A stretch of DNA of 64,000 bases. Origin: Phoronis australis. Its lineage: Eukaryota > Animalia > Phoronida. A program made the position numbers and the translations under genes. The stretch covers positions 70,945 to 134,944 of the forward strand of contig NMRA01000812.1 in assembly GCA_002633005.1 (NCBI GenBank), written 5' to 3'. Below the pieces are notes generated by a model that did no database searches, was not told where the DNA came from, and saw only the letters and a list, made by a program, of their open reading frames with translations. Positions 37,251-53,000 of the stretch are shown one piece after another (the stretch's first letter is position 1; each line of letters begins with the position of its first letter).

Positions 37251-40200
37251 CTACAAGACAAAGTGATGTGAAATCAATATAAGACAATTTTAAGACAACC
37301 GCTTTATAAAAAGATCAGCTGTGTGCTCAACATGTGAAACATTAACTGTTATGAAATCCATCCACGTCATTGTGCATTTTGCAGACTGAGGTATTTTGAT
37401 GATTAAGAAAACAAATCTAGTAAGGGCTCGCCACTATATTCATAGGTAATGGCCTGATGTAAGGTACCCTAATTTTGAGAACCAGTTTTCTCCACTGAAT
37501 AACAGGCATCATACTGGTTCTCTATTTCCGGATCCTCCAACACAATTATCAATAATTATTAAATTAGGTCATCCAGATTCCAACAATTACAGCTCAACAG
37601 CTCCAGTTCGATCTCTTCAACTCAAGTGAAAAGAATCATGAGAATGGCGCACTCTATGATCAAACAACTGACTTACTGGGTGGTGGACATATGAGTCGCA
37701 TGCGTAACACCACACTGACAGGTCGGCGTAACTCAGCACCACCCTATGGCCAGTCTCCAAGCCATGCATCAACATGTGCTCATTAATATATCGACCACAG
37801 TACACCTGAAACAGAGTGCATAGAATGACAACTGGTGCAAACTTCACAGATATCCCATAACCCCCCATGAGGCAAGACACTAATGAAACTGAAAAGTACA
37901 CACATGCTACCTTGCCTGTCACATTACAACTATTTTGAAATCTCTGATTTGCACCTAGTTTTAAAAACTAGCTGTACAAAAGCCATTTTACTGATAAATG
38001 CTCCCATTAATCCAAGCTAGCCAATCACTTTGTTATTACCTCGTAACACTGTAAACAGACCCAGTTCTCTGTAGTTCCACCACACTCCCTACAGGGGGCA
38101 GCACAGTCCAGTACTCCACCAGGAACCTCCTGGACCAGCTCAAGATGCGGGCACCAAGGCAACGGGACTACAGCAAACATCTGGTCCGGTGGATTCTGCA
38201 GTTAGAAGATGAAGTAACTATGTGCTCCAACATCTTCAGTGTGACCCAAAAGAAAACAAAACTCACAAAATGTTGCATAAAATTCTAAATTCTAAATGTT
38301 TTTTTTTGGAAACAAAAATGGCAAAACTGCGGAAAGATGAACCATAAACAAAAGTTTCAATTAAAAATTAAATTTTCATGGGTTTGTTTTTTGTGGTCAC
38401 TCTGTTTACTTGATCTCGAAATTTAGAAAGGTCATCCCAGTCAGTGTCAAAAAAAAAAACAACACTTCATCAGTATATATTCCCAAACAAAAGTTTTCAC
38501 TGAACATTTGTATCCAATGCCCCCCACCGACTTACATTTCCCAACCCTAAGTACTCCAATACCGTTGTTTGATCTCCAGGGTTGCTTGATCCTCCGCAAG
38601 CTCCAACGAGCTGTTGGTTGTCACCCTGTGGACAACAACAACAAACTACAGCGAAACAAAGGCAACACCATCCCAACAACAACTTATAACAAGTACAATG
38701 CAGTTGGGACTGTCAGTTTGCTACTAGCTCTGCTTGCGATCCTAACTTCCCATTCAGATGTGGAAAGAGTGAACCCAAAAGATGGGCTAACTACAAATAA
38801 ACTGTTGGATTAAGCTTATTCCGAAAGCACCAAAAATTTCTTTGCATCAGAATGTTTATCTGAAGCATTTTAACAATCTGTTCTTGTCTATGTTAATCCC
38901 TATAAATGACTAAATATCCAGTACCATATTCGCCCTAAGAAGCATCCAGGGCACTTAGAAAAATTCATTTCAGGAGGGGGGCGCCTATTATTAGCCTAAG
39001 GTGGTTGAAAGCTGGTCTCCGAAATGGGTGAAATCTTAAGCTGGGATTCATCAAATTTACGCTCCGTGACGTACCTGTAACCTATGACAGACTTTCTGCA
39101 AATTTGTGATGCAATGCTATCAAACTTCGTTGTTAAATTATGAACATTTTTCAGAAAATTATGCTGATCTCCCAGATCTTATTGATAAATTGAATACGTT
39201 ACTGTAGAATTTTTAGAATTATAGGTAAGGCATTTTTCGCATGTACACATTCTTGGACTGGGCGCTTATTTTAGCAAAGTCTGAAAACACGTGGGGTCGT
39301 GCTTATAAGGGCATGGGCGCTTATTAGGGTGAATACGGTATATTGTTTTTTGATTAAGACCATTGAATTAATCAATAGCTCAACACTTTACTCAAAATCT
39401 CATCACAACTTGACAACAGAACATGCAGACGGTGCACCTGTTCAGTCTCCTGTGAACTCCCTGGCTCATGGTTGCCATAGTTACTACTATTCTGGTCAGC
39501 ATGATCATCCACGGAAGGGTCAGAAATAACTACAAAGGGCAAAAATAAAAGAATCATAAATGACCAATCAGTGTCTACAAGCATTCCCCGTTAAATGATC
39601 AGTTCTCAAAAGTCCGGTTTAACAGTCGGCACTTACCACATCAACAGTGTCCTGCTATACACCTTATTCATGCAATTGCCATTTTAAAAGTGAGCTTCTT
39701 TAGGTTTTAAAAACAATATAAGCTGCATTTAGACACAACGCAAAGCGTGATTTTTCCGCATACTTTGTTACATTTGTCCCAAAAACATTGTTTTTTAAAC
39801 CTGATAAAAGGCTCTCTACTGAAATGGTGACTGCGTGAATAAGGCCTATTGCAGAACATGAATTTGCGAGAGGTTTGTAAGGCGAAAAACTAACAGGACG
39901 CTAGTTTTCCGCCAGCAAGGCTACAAACCATATGTGAAGTTAATATGTAATGGAATTCAATTTGGAATTGTGTCCCTCTTCTCTTACACAGTTAGGCAAC
40001 TTGCAATTGGTCGATTACATACAAGACATTTCGAATTGACCAATCTACACATACCTAATGTACTTTCAACCAGCTGACTTATCTTGTCAATATTGTCAGT
40101 GCTACTCCCCCCAGGTGTCGCTGCAATGTTGTCAACAACCTCAGATACATTGTTACTTGAAGAACTTTTGTCAACAGCTGTCGCTGCTGAGACTATAGCA

Positions 40201-43200
40201 TCGACCACAGCTCCAACATCGGAGACGGCCTGTGCGTGGAGATCTGTGTCACTAAGAGGCTCTACTTCAGTGACATCTGTTGCTGATGGCTCCACCATAA
40301 CAATTGGTGGAAGTTTTACTAAAAAATACAAATTAAAAGTTAATATGTTTTTAAGACATACAGACAATGTTATATATACAGCAATTATTGCATATTGCAT
40401 GCAGGCATTGTTCTCAACAAAATTTTCAATTAATTTTAAAAGCAAAACAAAAAAATCTGGCAAATCTTCCTGTGACCACCACTTTTTCAAAAAAAAGACA
40501 AAAACTTTACTCAGACTGCGTGAAGAATCATTCAAGCCTTTAGAGCTAGCAGCACTAGTACTCGAAGACACGCACCCCTGAACTGAAGACATTTCCAATA
40601 TTGTCGTTGAGTGTCCAACACATTGCCAATGGAAATACAAGCACTGAAATGACAAAGGTAAGACAATCATTACAGTGACTCATTGACTTAACATTGTGAA
40701 ATGGAAATATGTGAAGTACTTTAAGAGGCCCTATCATGATGACTAGAACTCCATGAACGAACTTACATCTCAAAAGCACAATCCTGCAAATGTACGTTAG
40801 TGAATGTACAAAAGGACATGAATGAGAGCCTGGATGTAATGTGACAGCAATTTCTGAGGCTGTGCTCATATTTATTCAGGAAAAAAATTCAATCCAAAGC
40901 CCCCAAAATAATGCACGGAAAATGTGATAAGCTGAGAAAAAAATTCAGCGCTTGGTTTTTCAGAGTTTCTACACCTCATGATTGAATGAAAAATAAATAA
41001 ATTCTAATTAATCTAACTGGACATCAAACATTTTGTGACACTGTCAACTATTTGCAGCATACCATGAAGATGGTCAGACGGCACAACCAACTTATTTTAT
41101 GTTTCTCTAGATTTCTCAAAAACATTTTTGAGAATAGAGTACCGAAAGGTTCTTGCACACAACGTATCTGAACAAAATAGAATATGCAACACTATCATGT
41201 TCATGTTGTCAATGAGAAATATTTCATTAGAGCACACAGCGTTGCATTTACTAGATATAAAACCAAATGTCAATCAAAGACAAACTCTGCACCCTGTTTA
41301 CCTTAAGCACGGTGGCTGAAGATTGTCCAGGGGAGGACATGGGTCCCCCAGGAGGCTTGATGTGCAGGCAACAAACGACTGTGATATCGAGTAGAGGTTG
41401 TAGCCACCCTCCAGGGCCAGGATCACACGTCCGTTGGCCAGGCTCATTAACATATGAGTCATGTGGGCGTAGGCTTCAGGACTCACTCTATAACCACCCT
41501 GCGGTAATTAAGCAAAGATGTGATTTGAAGACACCACTGAAGTAATACAAATGAAGAAAGGATGTGATTCTATAATTACCCCGCAGCAAACAATAAAGAA
41601 AGAGACTTGATAGCAACTCTGTTGTGACCAAGAAATTATGAGATTTTACGAAAATCCCTTAACAATTTTTTGAGAGAAATTACATCAGTCAGTTAACACA
41701 AAAATTAGACTACTTATTATTTTCACTAGCAAACTATTCACTTGTTTGCGAGTCGAGTGAATGTAAACACTTAAGATGACACTGACAGTGAAAGTCTATC
41801 TTACGCAGGGTTGTAATGCAACCGACAACCTGGAAGTAATTGACTAAAAAGCTTATGTCCTCCTATTGGCCAAGATTGACTCAGTCGATCGTACCTCACA
41901 GTGATGTCAGATGAGTGGAAACATTTGGAGGAACATACGTAGCATGTCAACAAAACAAACGTTTTCTTGAAATATTCCAATAATTGGATAAATATTAATA
42001 ACAAATACCTATACCAACCGCATTAAGAAGAAAATATTTCAACACACCCAAAAATAGGTTGGCTTCTTGTGACGCGACCTATTTCCCACGCATTTGGAAA
42101 TTTGATACAATTATAATCACTAAAATGCAGCCCTAGCACTACTAAACAATAAAATCTTAACATTTGTACATCAGAGAATAAACATTGATGACAGCACAAC
42201 TACAAGTTAAATGTGAATGACGTAATGGAAACAGTAGTGATTACCAGCACGTTCCACGGGTGGTGTTCATGATGGTGATGGTGGTGATGGTGCAACGTGG
42301 NGCATGATACTGTGTGATTTATGTTGAATTATTCAACGGTTCTTTTAAGAACCATTTCACGCCATAGCTACAACCAACGGCCCTTTTAAGGGCCACTCAA
42401 CACTTTCCAGAAGAACTGCTCACTTGAGAATGTATAAACATGCTTTCGTAGTTTTCTCAGTAGGCCTATGTGAACCATAAATCAAAAATTGTGCGATAGC
42501 TATGCTGCTATTGGGCAAGCAGACGACATAATCAGTTGGCACCGAAGTTTGAATTTTGTAATTAATTACCAGTAGCATTGCCAAAAGTACTCATAATACC
42601 AACACTTCTACTATTGAAAGACTTTGAAAAGCATTTCAATGCCGAAATTAATATTTTTTTCGTTGTTTTGGACAGTAAAGTAGATGCAAGTATTTGTCGT
42701 CAAAAAACACTAACCGGAAACTGCACGAGAAAGGTCAGGAGAGTTCAGCTCAGCAGGTAAGGATATGCCGGAGTTGCGAATCTGTTGTCTATAATCTATG
42801 GTTCCACGGGTGGTGTTCATGATGGTGATGGTGGTGATGGTTCAGAGGCAACGTGGTGAAGATGAAAATCAACAATGGTAAGGATGATGATGTTGATGAT
42901 GGAGGCGATGATGACTACATTGGTGGTCATGACAGTGGTTATGGTAATGGTGGTTATTGTGGTGGTGGTGCTGATAATGGTATTGTGGTGATTGTGCTGG
43001 TGCTGATAATGGTGGTTGTGGTGATGATTGTGGTGCTGATAATGGTGGTTGTGGGGATGGTTGTGGGGATGTTTGTGGGGATGATGATGGTGATGATGAC
43101 TAAGCAGAAAAAACGTACCAGTGGATCACCGCGAGCTGCATCAAATCCTGCTGACACCAGAACCAGTTCAGGAGCAAACTGTAACAGAAATTACTCAAAG

Positions 43201-44021
43201 ATTCACAATAAGACATCAAGCTTCACCCAGGGGTAAAGACCATGGCTTAAATAGGCATAATTTATGTTTAAGCAGGAAGCAATAAATGAATAGCAGAGAG
43301 TATGCCCCAATCCACACAAGTTCCTGTCATTAACAATAGCCTAGGTACTCAATAACCAGAGCAAACAGGTGATAGAAAAACAAGACCATGTGATTACCTC
43401 GTATGCAACAGGCATGATGATCTGTTGGAAGGCAGCAATGTATTTATTGTCTCCCATGGCTACCTGAAGTACACACAGCTCAACTCAATGTATGGTACCA
43501 AGTAAATCATACACGTTCACATGTGGCCTCGACTGCTACGTAGGGTGGTACTGGGACTTGGCTTTTGATTACACAGTGCACCATCCTTAAAGTAGACTGA
43601 CTTAACTAAAATCAAGAGCTTATCTGTCTAACTCATGCAGCCACATAAAATAATTAAAATAATTTTACAAGTATGCAAAAAAAGGTTAGGTTTGGAAAAT
43701 ACAGGTCAAAAGTTTACCCAACGGAAAAGCAAAGTCAGCGCCCACTATGAACAAGGCATTTCCAGGGATGCAGATACTGCTATGCTGTACTCAGAGTACA
43801 CATGTCACGTGTAATCAATATTGCCCCTGGATGACAAAAACTGGTCTCCTTACGCCATTCCAAGGAATGTTGATGTTGAAGCCGCGACCTTCACCTTTGC
43901 CAACTTTGTCGTAGTTTGCTTCTGTTGATCTAGGGAAAAATGCTGCGTTGTCGTAGCGATGCAGAGAGATGTACAGGACACTGGAAATAGAATGGCATGC
44001 ACAATCATGCTTACATTGGGT

Positions 44022-44094
<73 letters not shown>

Positions 44095-47000
44095 ACGAGT
44101 TTATGTTTACATCACAAAAAACAGAATTATATGACTGGGTGGCATAAATGTTCTTATGAATAATTTACCTGAATGGAGAGAACTTACTTGGGATCACCTT
44201 CCAACATGCTCTGTGTACCGTTACCATGGTGAACGTCCCAGTCAACAATCAACACTCTGCAATCACAACAAGGAAATAAATTATAAACAAATGAGACTGA
44301 ATATCATCGTCAGTCACCAACATTGTAATTACAACAACCAGGAGACAGAAACCAACTCTTACACCCAGTGTATACACTTACCACATATTGTACACAGTAA
44401 CTCATACCGTGCATAAACACACATACCACGGAATGGCTGGACTTCAACCATGACCAGGCAATCTTACAATGGACAACGACCAGGCAATCTTACCACACAC
44501 ACTGTTTAGTACAAGTGACCAAAGTCCAGTTCTTGTGTTTTTTTCGGTCACTTGCACCAAAGAGTGAGTCTTTTGCAAGACTGCACATGTCAAGTGGTTG
44601 AAGTTCAGATCCGAGGTAGGGAATTTTGTGCCTGGTATATTTGTGGCAAAAAATCCTGGTTCCTTGTATTTGTCATTCCCAAGGGTTACAGTTTCTGTAA
44701 CTAGTTAATTGCATAATATAAATTATATCACGACGTGAATGTTCTTTTTCATCTAACCATTTTGGACTTTCAGGACTTCGACTGTACGTGCGACAGAATG
44801 TTTTATCGCAAACTGCATAAACACATTCTGACGATTACAGTCCATAGTGGACACAACTATGTCAACTTTGAAGCAATCTCAAGATAAAAGTTTGGAGTGG
44901 AGGAAGCTGACCTTTTGACGCCAAACTTTCTCTGTGCATATTTCGCCGCTACAGGTACGTTGTTGAACAAACAGAACCCACATGCTGTGTCCTTCTCAGC
45001 ATGGTGACCAGGAGGGCGGATAAAGGCGACACCATTCAAACACTGAAAGGATAAAAGTTATGCCTTTATATTACCCAGCATGTAAAATTCATGTACCAAC
45101 AACACTGAAGGATATGCAATGAATCGTTTATTATGTACCAACAGCACTGAAGGATATGCAATGAATCGTTCATTATGTAACAATTACAATACTGAAGGAA
45201 ATGTAATGAATCGTTCATTACGTACCAACAACACTGAAGGATATGCATTGAATCGTTCAATATGTTTCAGATAATAGCATTAACATGACTTTCGTTTTGT
45301 GAGCAGTTTACAATGATGTTCTTTCAAAACATATGCATGAAAATCACATCCACAACAGACAGATGTCAGATGTTAGTTTAAGTAATTACAAAATCCTCTT
45401 ATTGCTACAGAACTGTAATAAACAACTCCAATAATTAACATCATATTACCTGTCTACTGAGCACAGCATCCACCACATTTAGGAGACTACCAGCTGACAG
45501 CAAAGCACAATCATAGCTCTNAGGATAAAAGTTATGCCTTTATATTACCCAGCATGTAAAATTCATGTACCAACAACACTGAAGGATATGCAATGAATAG
45601 TTCATTATGTACTAACAACACTGAAGGATATGCAATGAATCGTTCACTATGTACCAACAGCACTGAAGGATATGCAATGAATCGTTCGTTATGTAACAAT
45701 TACAATTATACTGAAGGAAATGCAATCAATCGTTCATTACCTACCAACAACACTGAAGGATATGCAATGAATTGTTCACTATGTTCATATTATAGCATTA
45801 ACATGACTTTCGTTTTGTGAGTTTACAATGATGTTCTTTCAAAACATATGCATGAAAATCACATCCACAACAGACAGATGTCAGATGTTAGCTTAAGTAA
45901 TTACAAAATCCTCTTATTGCTACAGAACTATAATAAACAACTCCAATAATTAAGATCATATTACCTGTCTACTGAGCACAGCATCCACCACATTTAGGAG
46001 ACTACCAGCTGACAGCAAAGCACAATCATAGCTCTCCTGGATATAGAAAACACATTATTGCACTATATACAGGTGACACATCATTACACAATACCTTAGT
46101 AATTTGCATATGACAATCAATGTTCCTATAAACACGCCTCCAGTAAAAAGAACTTTGCTTTAGACCACTTTCAACTTGTTCCATTCTCACACTAGAGGGG
46201 GCTTCAAAGCCTGGAAAGCATGATTCAGAACTATTTGTTACAACTTGATAGCAGGCCCAACAAGTTGGTTTGTCACTGTGTGCAGAGGATGTCCTCAAAC
46301 AATAATGAGCTGTCAATTCATCACAAGTCCATGAATTAGTCTTATCTAAGTAAGAAACAAGTTAAGACCAGGTTATTCATGTAGGGAACTGGTATTTAAA
46401 CAAACATTCATTTGTCTGTTTGATGGAATGTAACTTAAAACAACTCCAGTACAACTCATACGAAACCAGACAAAGCACTGACTCCGTGTGACGATGGTCA
46501 ATTCTGCCTGCAGATTTATTTTCCCCAATTCCAGCTGAAAATATGCATAACCTGTAAAGTACAGCCCTATACTAGAAGCAGTCTTACCAGTCAAGTTCTT
46601 TTCCACTGAGCAAATCGCAGTCTAATGACACCACGCCTTAATTTATGGACATGAAGTATATGAATGGTTGACTTACAGGCAGGAGGTATATGGATGTGAA
46701 CTTTGAGGCTATCTGAAACAGCTCCCTGGGCTTGGTTCGAGAAAATGATTCGACTTCTTCAATGTATGATTGGCTGTAGGAAGAGAAGGAGAATTATAGT
46801 GAGGAAGGTAGTGAAATCTAGGCCCAAAATTAACACTCTCAAAGCCAGACATTCACAATAATAGATAAACTCTTAAAGCCAGACATCCAATACTAGATAC
46901 CTGACTCAAGGTACACTGTCTACTCTTAAAGTGTGCTATGAAACTCAATTTCAGATAGCGCAAATGCCTCAGGACTGTTGTGGAGGCTTTATTTTGAGAA

Positions 47001-50000
47001 ATCTATTCATACTTCAAAACAAACTACCTCACTTCATCATGGTACTTGACTTCAAGATATAGTAACCTCCTGAATTCAACTCTTCTCNCTACCTCACTTC
47101 ATCTGGTACTTGAGTTCAAGATATAGTCACATTCTGAATTCAACTCTCTTTTGTGGAGGTAGGAAAAAGCATATGATTGACCTAGATTTTGAAATGTTAA
47201 GTCACAAAACACTCCGGACTAAAGACAAACAAGAAAAGATCAAAACACCGTGCCCTGTCTTGTTTATTACATTGTTTGGTGCTGGCATTGCAAATCAATG
47301 TGGAGCGATAATACTTAATTGCTACCATTGAAATCATTAATGTCATCGTCAAAAATTGTTGTCCTATTGAAGGTACACCTTGACAAATTCACTCACCTAT
47401 GAACAGCTAATAACTCTTCATGGGTTACTCTTCTTGACTGAAAACAATATTTCAAATCAGAATTCACTACACTGCATATCTCAGAGCTTAAAATAACGAC
47501 CGCATTTTTAACAATTACAACATCAGCTTGTCAAACTTTCTGCGCAGTACTTAATCTGTTTAACAGTTACCCTTAAAAACAATTTGTTACCTGCAGTTGG
47601 CTATACTGGCTAACTTAATCAACTAGCTTAAAGCACCTGACAAATTGTGTAAAATTGCTGCATAGTATGTGACATAAAGTTTTCAACAATTGTAAACAAC
47701 TTATTAATGACTTCACAACAAGTAATCAGTGTTAAACAAATAAATGCTACATTTAATGTATGTCCTAAATATCCCAATCAATGGCAAGACGCACAGTGTA
47801 TATCACAGTAGTATCACTACCTCAACTTGTATACACCTAGTCAACAAGTCATGGTCTTTGTGTGCGTTAAATATCTTGGTGATTCTGTCTGGCCTCTCAG
47901 GGTGGCTCCTAAAAACAGGGAATGCAAATCAGAATGGTGTACTAAGCAATCAATTGTGAAAAGACAGTTCACATCCTCCCTCTGAAGAATGAAGCTGCCT
48001 TGCAATTAAGTACTACAATACATTCATATGATTCAAGACATTTTAAGCTTAGTGTGGAAATGCCAAATTGGTATTCGTTGGAAATTTTAAAATATACGTG
48101 TCATCAATACAAAGAATTTGACGAGATGGAAGCCCTCCATGGAACAAGAGGGCAATTCAGTAACAAAACTTGATTTCACAGTTTGTGTAAAATATTGACC
48201 ACAAACATTTTTAAGTTTGATTTGACACAATGAGCATAAATCTGAAGGGATTTCTGCCCCATTCGGACTCAACACTCGGGACCTTCTGCTAACCGTGCAG
48301 CCAACAGGTGGCATGCAGACCAGACTTATACATTTTATGATCTGTATTTCCACACCGGTTCATGATTTAGATATTCGTATAAAATAATGACNCTGGCCTC
48401 TCAGGGTGGCTCCTAAAAACAGGGAATGCAAATCAGAATGGTGTACTAAGCAATCAAATGTGAAAAGACAGTTCACATCCTCCCTCTGAACAATGAACCT
48501 GCCTTGCAATTAAGTACAGAACTGCAATACATTCATATGATTCAAGACATTTTAAGCTTAGCGTGGAAATGCCAAATTGGTATCCGTTGGAAATTTTAAA
48601 ATATACGTGTCATCAATACAAAGAATTTGACGAGATGGGAGCCATCCAGGGAACAAGACGACAATTCAGTAACAAAACTTGTTTTCACAGTTTGTATAAA
48701 ATATTGACCACAAACATTTTTAAGTTTGGTCTGACACAATGAGCATAAATCTGAAGGGATTTCTGCCCCATTGGGACTCAACACTCGGGACCTTATGCTA
48801 ACCGTACAGCCAACAGGTGGCATACAGGCCAGACTTATACATTTTATGATCTGTATTTCCACACCGGTTCATGATTTAGATATTCGTATAAAATAATGAC
48901 GTATTGACAAACTTTTCATGAATCTCTGGGGACATGTCCTTTAAAGCTTTACCTGTAGTCATTAATAATGACATTAATTTCCAGCAACAATACACAATTT
49001 TCCTTATGACTCGGCTTCATCTCCAGATCATGTCATATGCAAATAATGAACAATACCAATAACCAAACTCACGTGTCCACAGTATTTCTATGCCTTCTCA
49101 TGGCTTCATCGTAAACATAACACGTTCTGAAATTAAACACTTGTAAATTACTTCTACAAACAGTTAAGTTCAAATTACCCAGAATAAAACTTGAACAAGT
49201 CATCAAAATCATGATTAAATTCCCGACATCAAATNAGTCATTAATAATGACATTTCCAGCAACAATACACAATTTTCCTTATGACTCGGCTTCATCTCCA
49301 GATCATGTCATATGCAAATAATGAACAATACCAATAACCAAACTCACGTGTCCACAGTATTTCTATGCCTTCTCATGGCTTCATCGTAAACATAACATGT
49401 TCTGAAATTAAACACTGTCTTGTAAATTACTTCTACTAACAGTTAAGTCAAAATTACCAAGAATAAAACTTGAACAAGTCATCGACACCATATTTAAATT
49501 CCTGACATCAAATAAAATGGAAAATTATACAGGTTGACATTTGGCTGCGCATACGTGATGACCGAGCTGCTCGTGTTATAAAGTATGCATGCTTAACCAT
49601 TAAAAACTACCTGTGTCACCTCATAATGGTCTTGCTCAACATGCAAGGCTCTTGCTCATGTGAATGAAACCCCAGCACAGATTCCAAACTGGGACAGCCT
49701 ACCTATTAGGAGGGGTGGTCAGGTCTGTCTCCTTAATGAGCTGTTCCACTAAGGCATTAGTCTCATCCACAACATCTTGAGGTAGAGGGGGATCAGTGTC
49801 CAGACTGTATACACTGGGTTTGTTCTCAGCTGTGATAAATGGAGGCTCATCACTGCAAGAGACAATAACAATACAAACCATTAGGGATCATTTTAGAGAA
49901 ATGCGGGCAAGAGCAAATTGACCCACACAGCCTCATGTTTATGGGCCAAATTGGAGGACCCATGGGCCTTGTTATTTTATCAGCCTCATGTTTATGGGCC

Positions 50001-53000
50001 AAATTGGATGACCCATGGGTCTCGTTATTTTATTGTCCTTTTTCATTTCCAATTTTAATGGGCCCGTTGACCGGAGCTAAACAATAACAGTATGTGAATG
50101 AAATCATTTTGGTGACAATGACGAGGAACCCACTCCTAAAATTATCCCAACTATAGGACAAACTTCTTTGGCTTAAGAGACCAGCAGTCAAATGGCCAGG
50201 TGTCTCAGAAGACCAAACGAATATTCATAGGACATTTTCAGAAAATAACCAAGCTACTAGTAGGTAATACTCAGATGACGTTGAAAAACATAATGGTCCA
50301 AAAGGCCATAACAACATAATGACTGCAAGAATTTTCATCAATGCCACGTGAGAAGATCAGACTTGTTAGCATACAATGTATTTTACAAGCCTAAGAAAGT
50401 TAATGGTTGTCATTTGTGACATTAAAATGCCAAAAACATGAAAACATACAAATACTTACTAGTTAATGAAGGTTATGATGTCAAAAATATTAATTACTTA
50501 ATCAGCTTTAAAACACTCAAATGAGACTCAATTGTAATACAGCATCAACTCACCAGATGTCAGGAATGTTTGGTACCCAGAAGTTTTTCTCCGCCACTGC
50601 TTGATGACACAGACTTTTCCAATATGGCCGCAAGACACAGATACATCTCAAGATAGTGTCCACAACACTGTTAACAACACAAGCACATAAATATTAATTA
50701 GCCCGACATACAGAGACAACAAGTTTTAGATTGTAATTAAGCCGTGCTTGCATCCCTATCATAAGTTATCATTATCACTAATCACACACCCATTGATATG
50801 TGAAGCCTTGGTCCAAAGGTATGAAAACTTTGTGAAGAGTCTGAAAGTTTCACTGTCCGTGTTAAATAGCTTTGTTCGACAAAACAAATCTAAGATCTCA
50901 AATAGCCAGACAAGATCAACGTCTTCCTGTTGTCACAAAAATGTGAACCAATTTGGTGACTGTGCACATACATGTATTTGATACATACACATCTGAGGGT
51001 TCTCCAAGCGATGCAATAGCTGGACATGGGTCGCCTAGCAACCCTCTCAGTGTTAAGGCAACAGACTCGGCCAGCGATTTCAAGTTGTAACCACCCTGAA
51101 AGAAAAAATCATCACCATCAGATGTATGTTTGCATAATTCGCTAAAATTATGAACACTTGTTTACGAGGTTGTTTGAAAACTGTGTTAAATGAACACAAC
51201 ATGTACTTTTAGTGATACAAGAGCTATGTTCACAATGGAGACATAAATCAAATGCTGGAGTGAAGAGAAGTCTGGCCACTTCAATTAAAACTGGACTAAT
51301 TTGTGGACTGCCAGTGACCATACAGGGTGCTTAGTCACATCTTGCCTCAAGCACTACTAACAGAGCTTGGTGTCAATCAGGAGAGATATGAATCACATCA
51401 AGTACAACACAGTGCGTTGTTAGGTAGGGGAGATAATTTAATGCATCGTATCTTACCTCAAGCACCACACAGAGCTTGTTGTCAGCCAGGGGAGATAACA
51501 TGTGGATGAAGTGAGGGAAACAGGCAGGTTCCACTTTCATTTCACCCTACAGACAATAACACAAAAAACAAAATTACGTCACACCAAAGGAAACGCAACC
51601 CGAGGTTATAGACGCAAATTTAAAAGTTTACCCTTTACTTGTATCAGCAGATATTTGGCTCTGAAAGCAATGCACAAGACATATCTGAAGCACATAATTA
51701 GGCTAATTGTAACNAAAAAAAACAACATAAAAACGAGGAATTGTTTTGAGGTCACAAAGTCTGATTATGTTTCTGTGCCCAATCAATGGCATATTAGATC
51801 AGTGAATTAAACTGTGTAAGGTCCACTTTGACAACAAACATTATTTCCAAAAGAATAACCTCTTTAGCAACTGATACTGTATTAAGAATTGTCTTTATAA
51901 CTAAAGATAATAATTTACTAAATATCTGTCAGTCATGTACAGGTACAAATAAGTAATCACCTTAAACTCCTGTTTCGCAAGTTCATGAATCGAAAGCTGA
52001 CATGGGTGCTGACTACAGTAAGAAGGCGCCACACGGCAAAAACATTTACATTTGCATGCCCTGTTCGCCAAAATCTACAGATCCCAAGGTAATTTACCAC
52101 AGACTCCAGAAATGACCAGGTAGGAAAAGCTAGTTGCCGTGACAAGAGAGGTCTTTTCAGACTTGATGTCACAGTGTAAGGACAATGGACTGACTAAATG
52201 TTAATACAACAAAGTTGATGAAAAGGAGAAAAAAAATAAATTTATCATACAAAGTAAATAAGAAAATATTTACTTTATGGCAGCCAATTGCTGAATCAAA
52301 GCCAGCAGACACAAGAACCACTTGAGGCTGAAACTGAACAGAACAACAAAGTTTTCGGTACGAGTAACAAACTAGTACTAATAAGAAAGAATTCGACGAG
52401 AACAGAGGACATAGACATGGTCACATGGTGAGGTCAAAGGTCGGACAACAAGGTAATGAGGGCACTGAATAAACTTGGTGGTTCAAGGAGCAATGAATTT
52501 GGAATGTTGTTGTAGATTCTCAGAGACAATTAGACACACTTGTGTGAGCAAACTGGCTGTGTGGAAGGTCAACCAGTTCACTACATAATCGCTTGCGCAC
52601 TGATAGAGGTCAATTCCAGACATTTTAGTGCACCCACTGTGTCAGGCTCTGCATTTACTGAGTGGCAAACAATAGGAAAATCAGTTGGACAGTGAAATGC
52701 AGAAATTAGAATGTCTGGACCTCAACTTCTCTAACAAGCGTCTGAGTAACAGAGTACATTTCTTAAACATTCACATTTTAGAAGCAAAAACGATTCTAAA
52801 AAAGAGTTTTTAATTATACAATTAGGTATTCAGCAGAAAATTCTGTTTAACATTTGTCAAAAACTGTGACCATGTAAATGCTCCCTGTTCCCCTCATGAC
52901 AACACAGCAGACATTCAAATACCTCGGGACATCCAACAGCGCCATCATACCCGGCAGACACTAAAACTATCTGTGGTGCAAACTGGAAAAATATTCAAGA

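Noticed and set aside
39984-40670. 228-aa ORF as an independent gene
   Set aside because: It is an HDAC6 linker exon read through flanking intron sequence.
42853-43236. Apparent transmembrane protein ORF
   Set aside because: Translation of a GTG/GAT triplet tract antisense to an HDAC6 intron and exon.
49073-49401. Duplicate TCYVYDEAM exon
   Set aside because: Same artefact pattern around the n at 49235.
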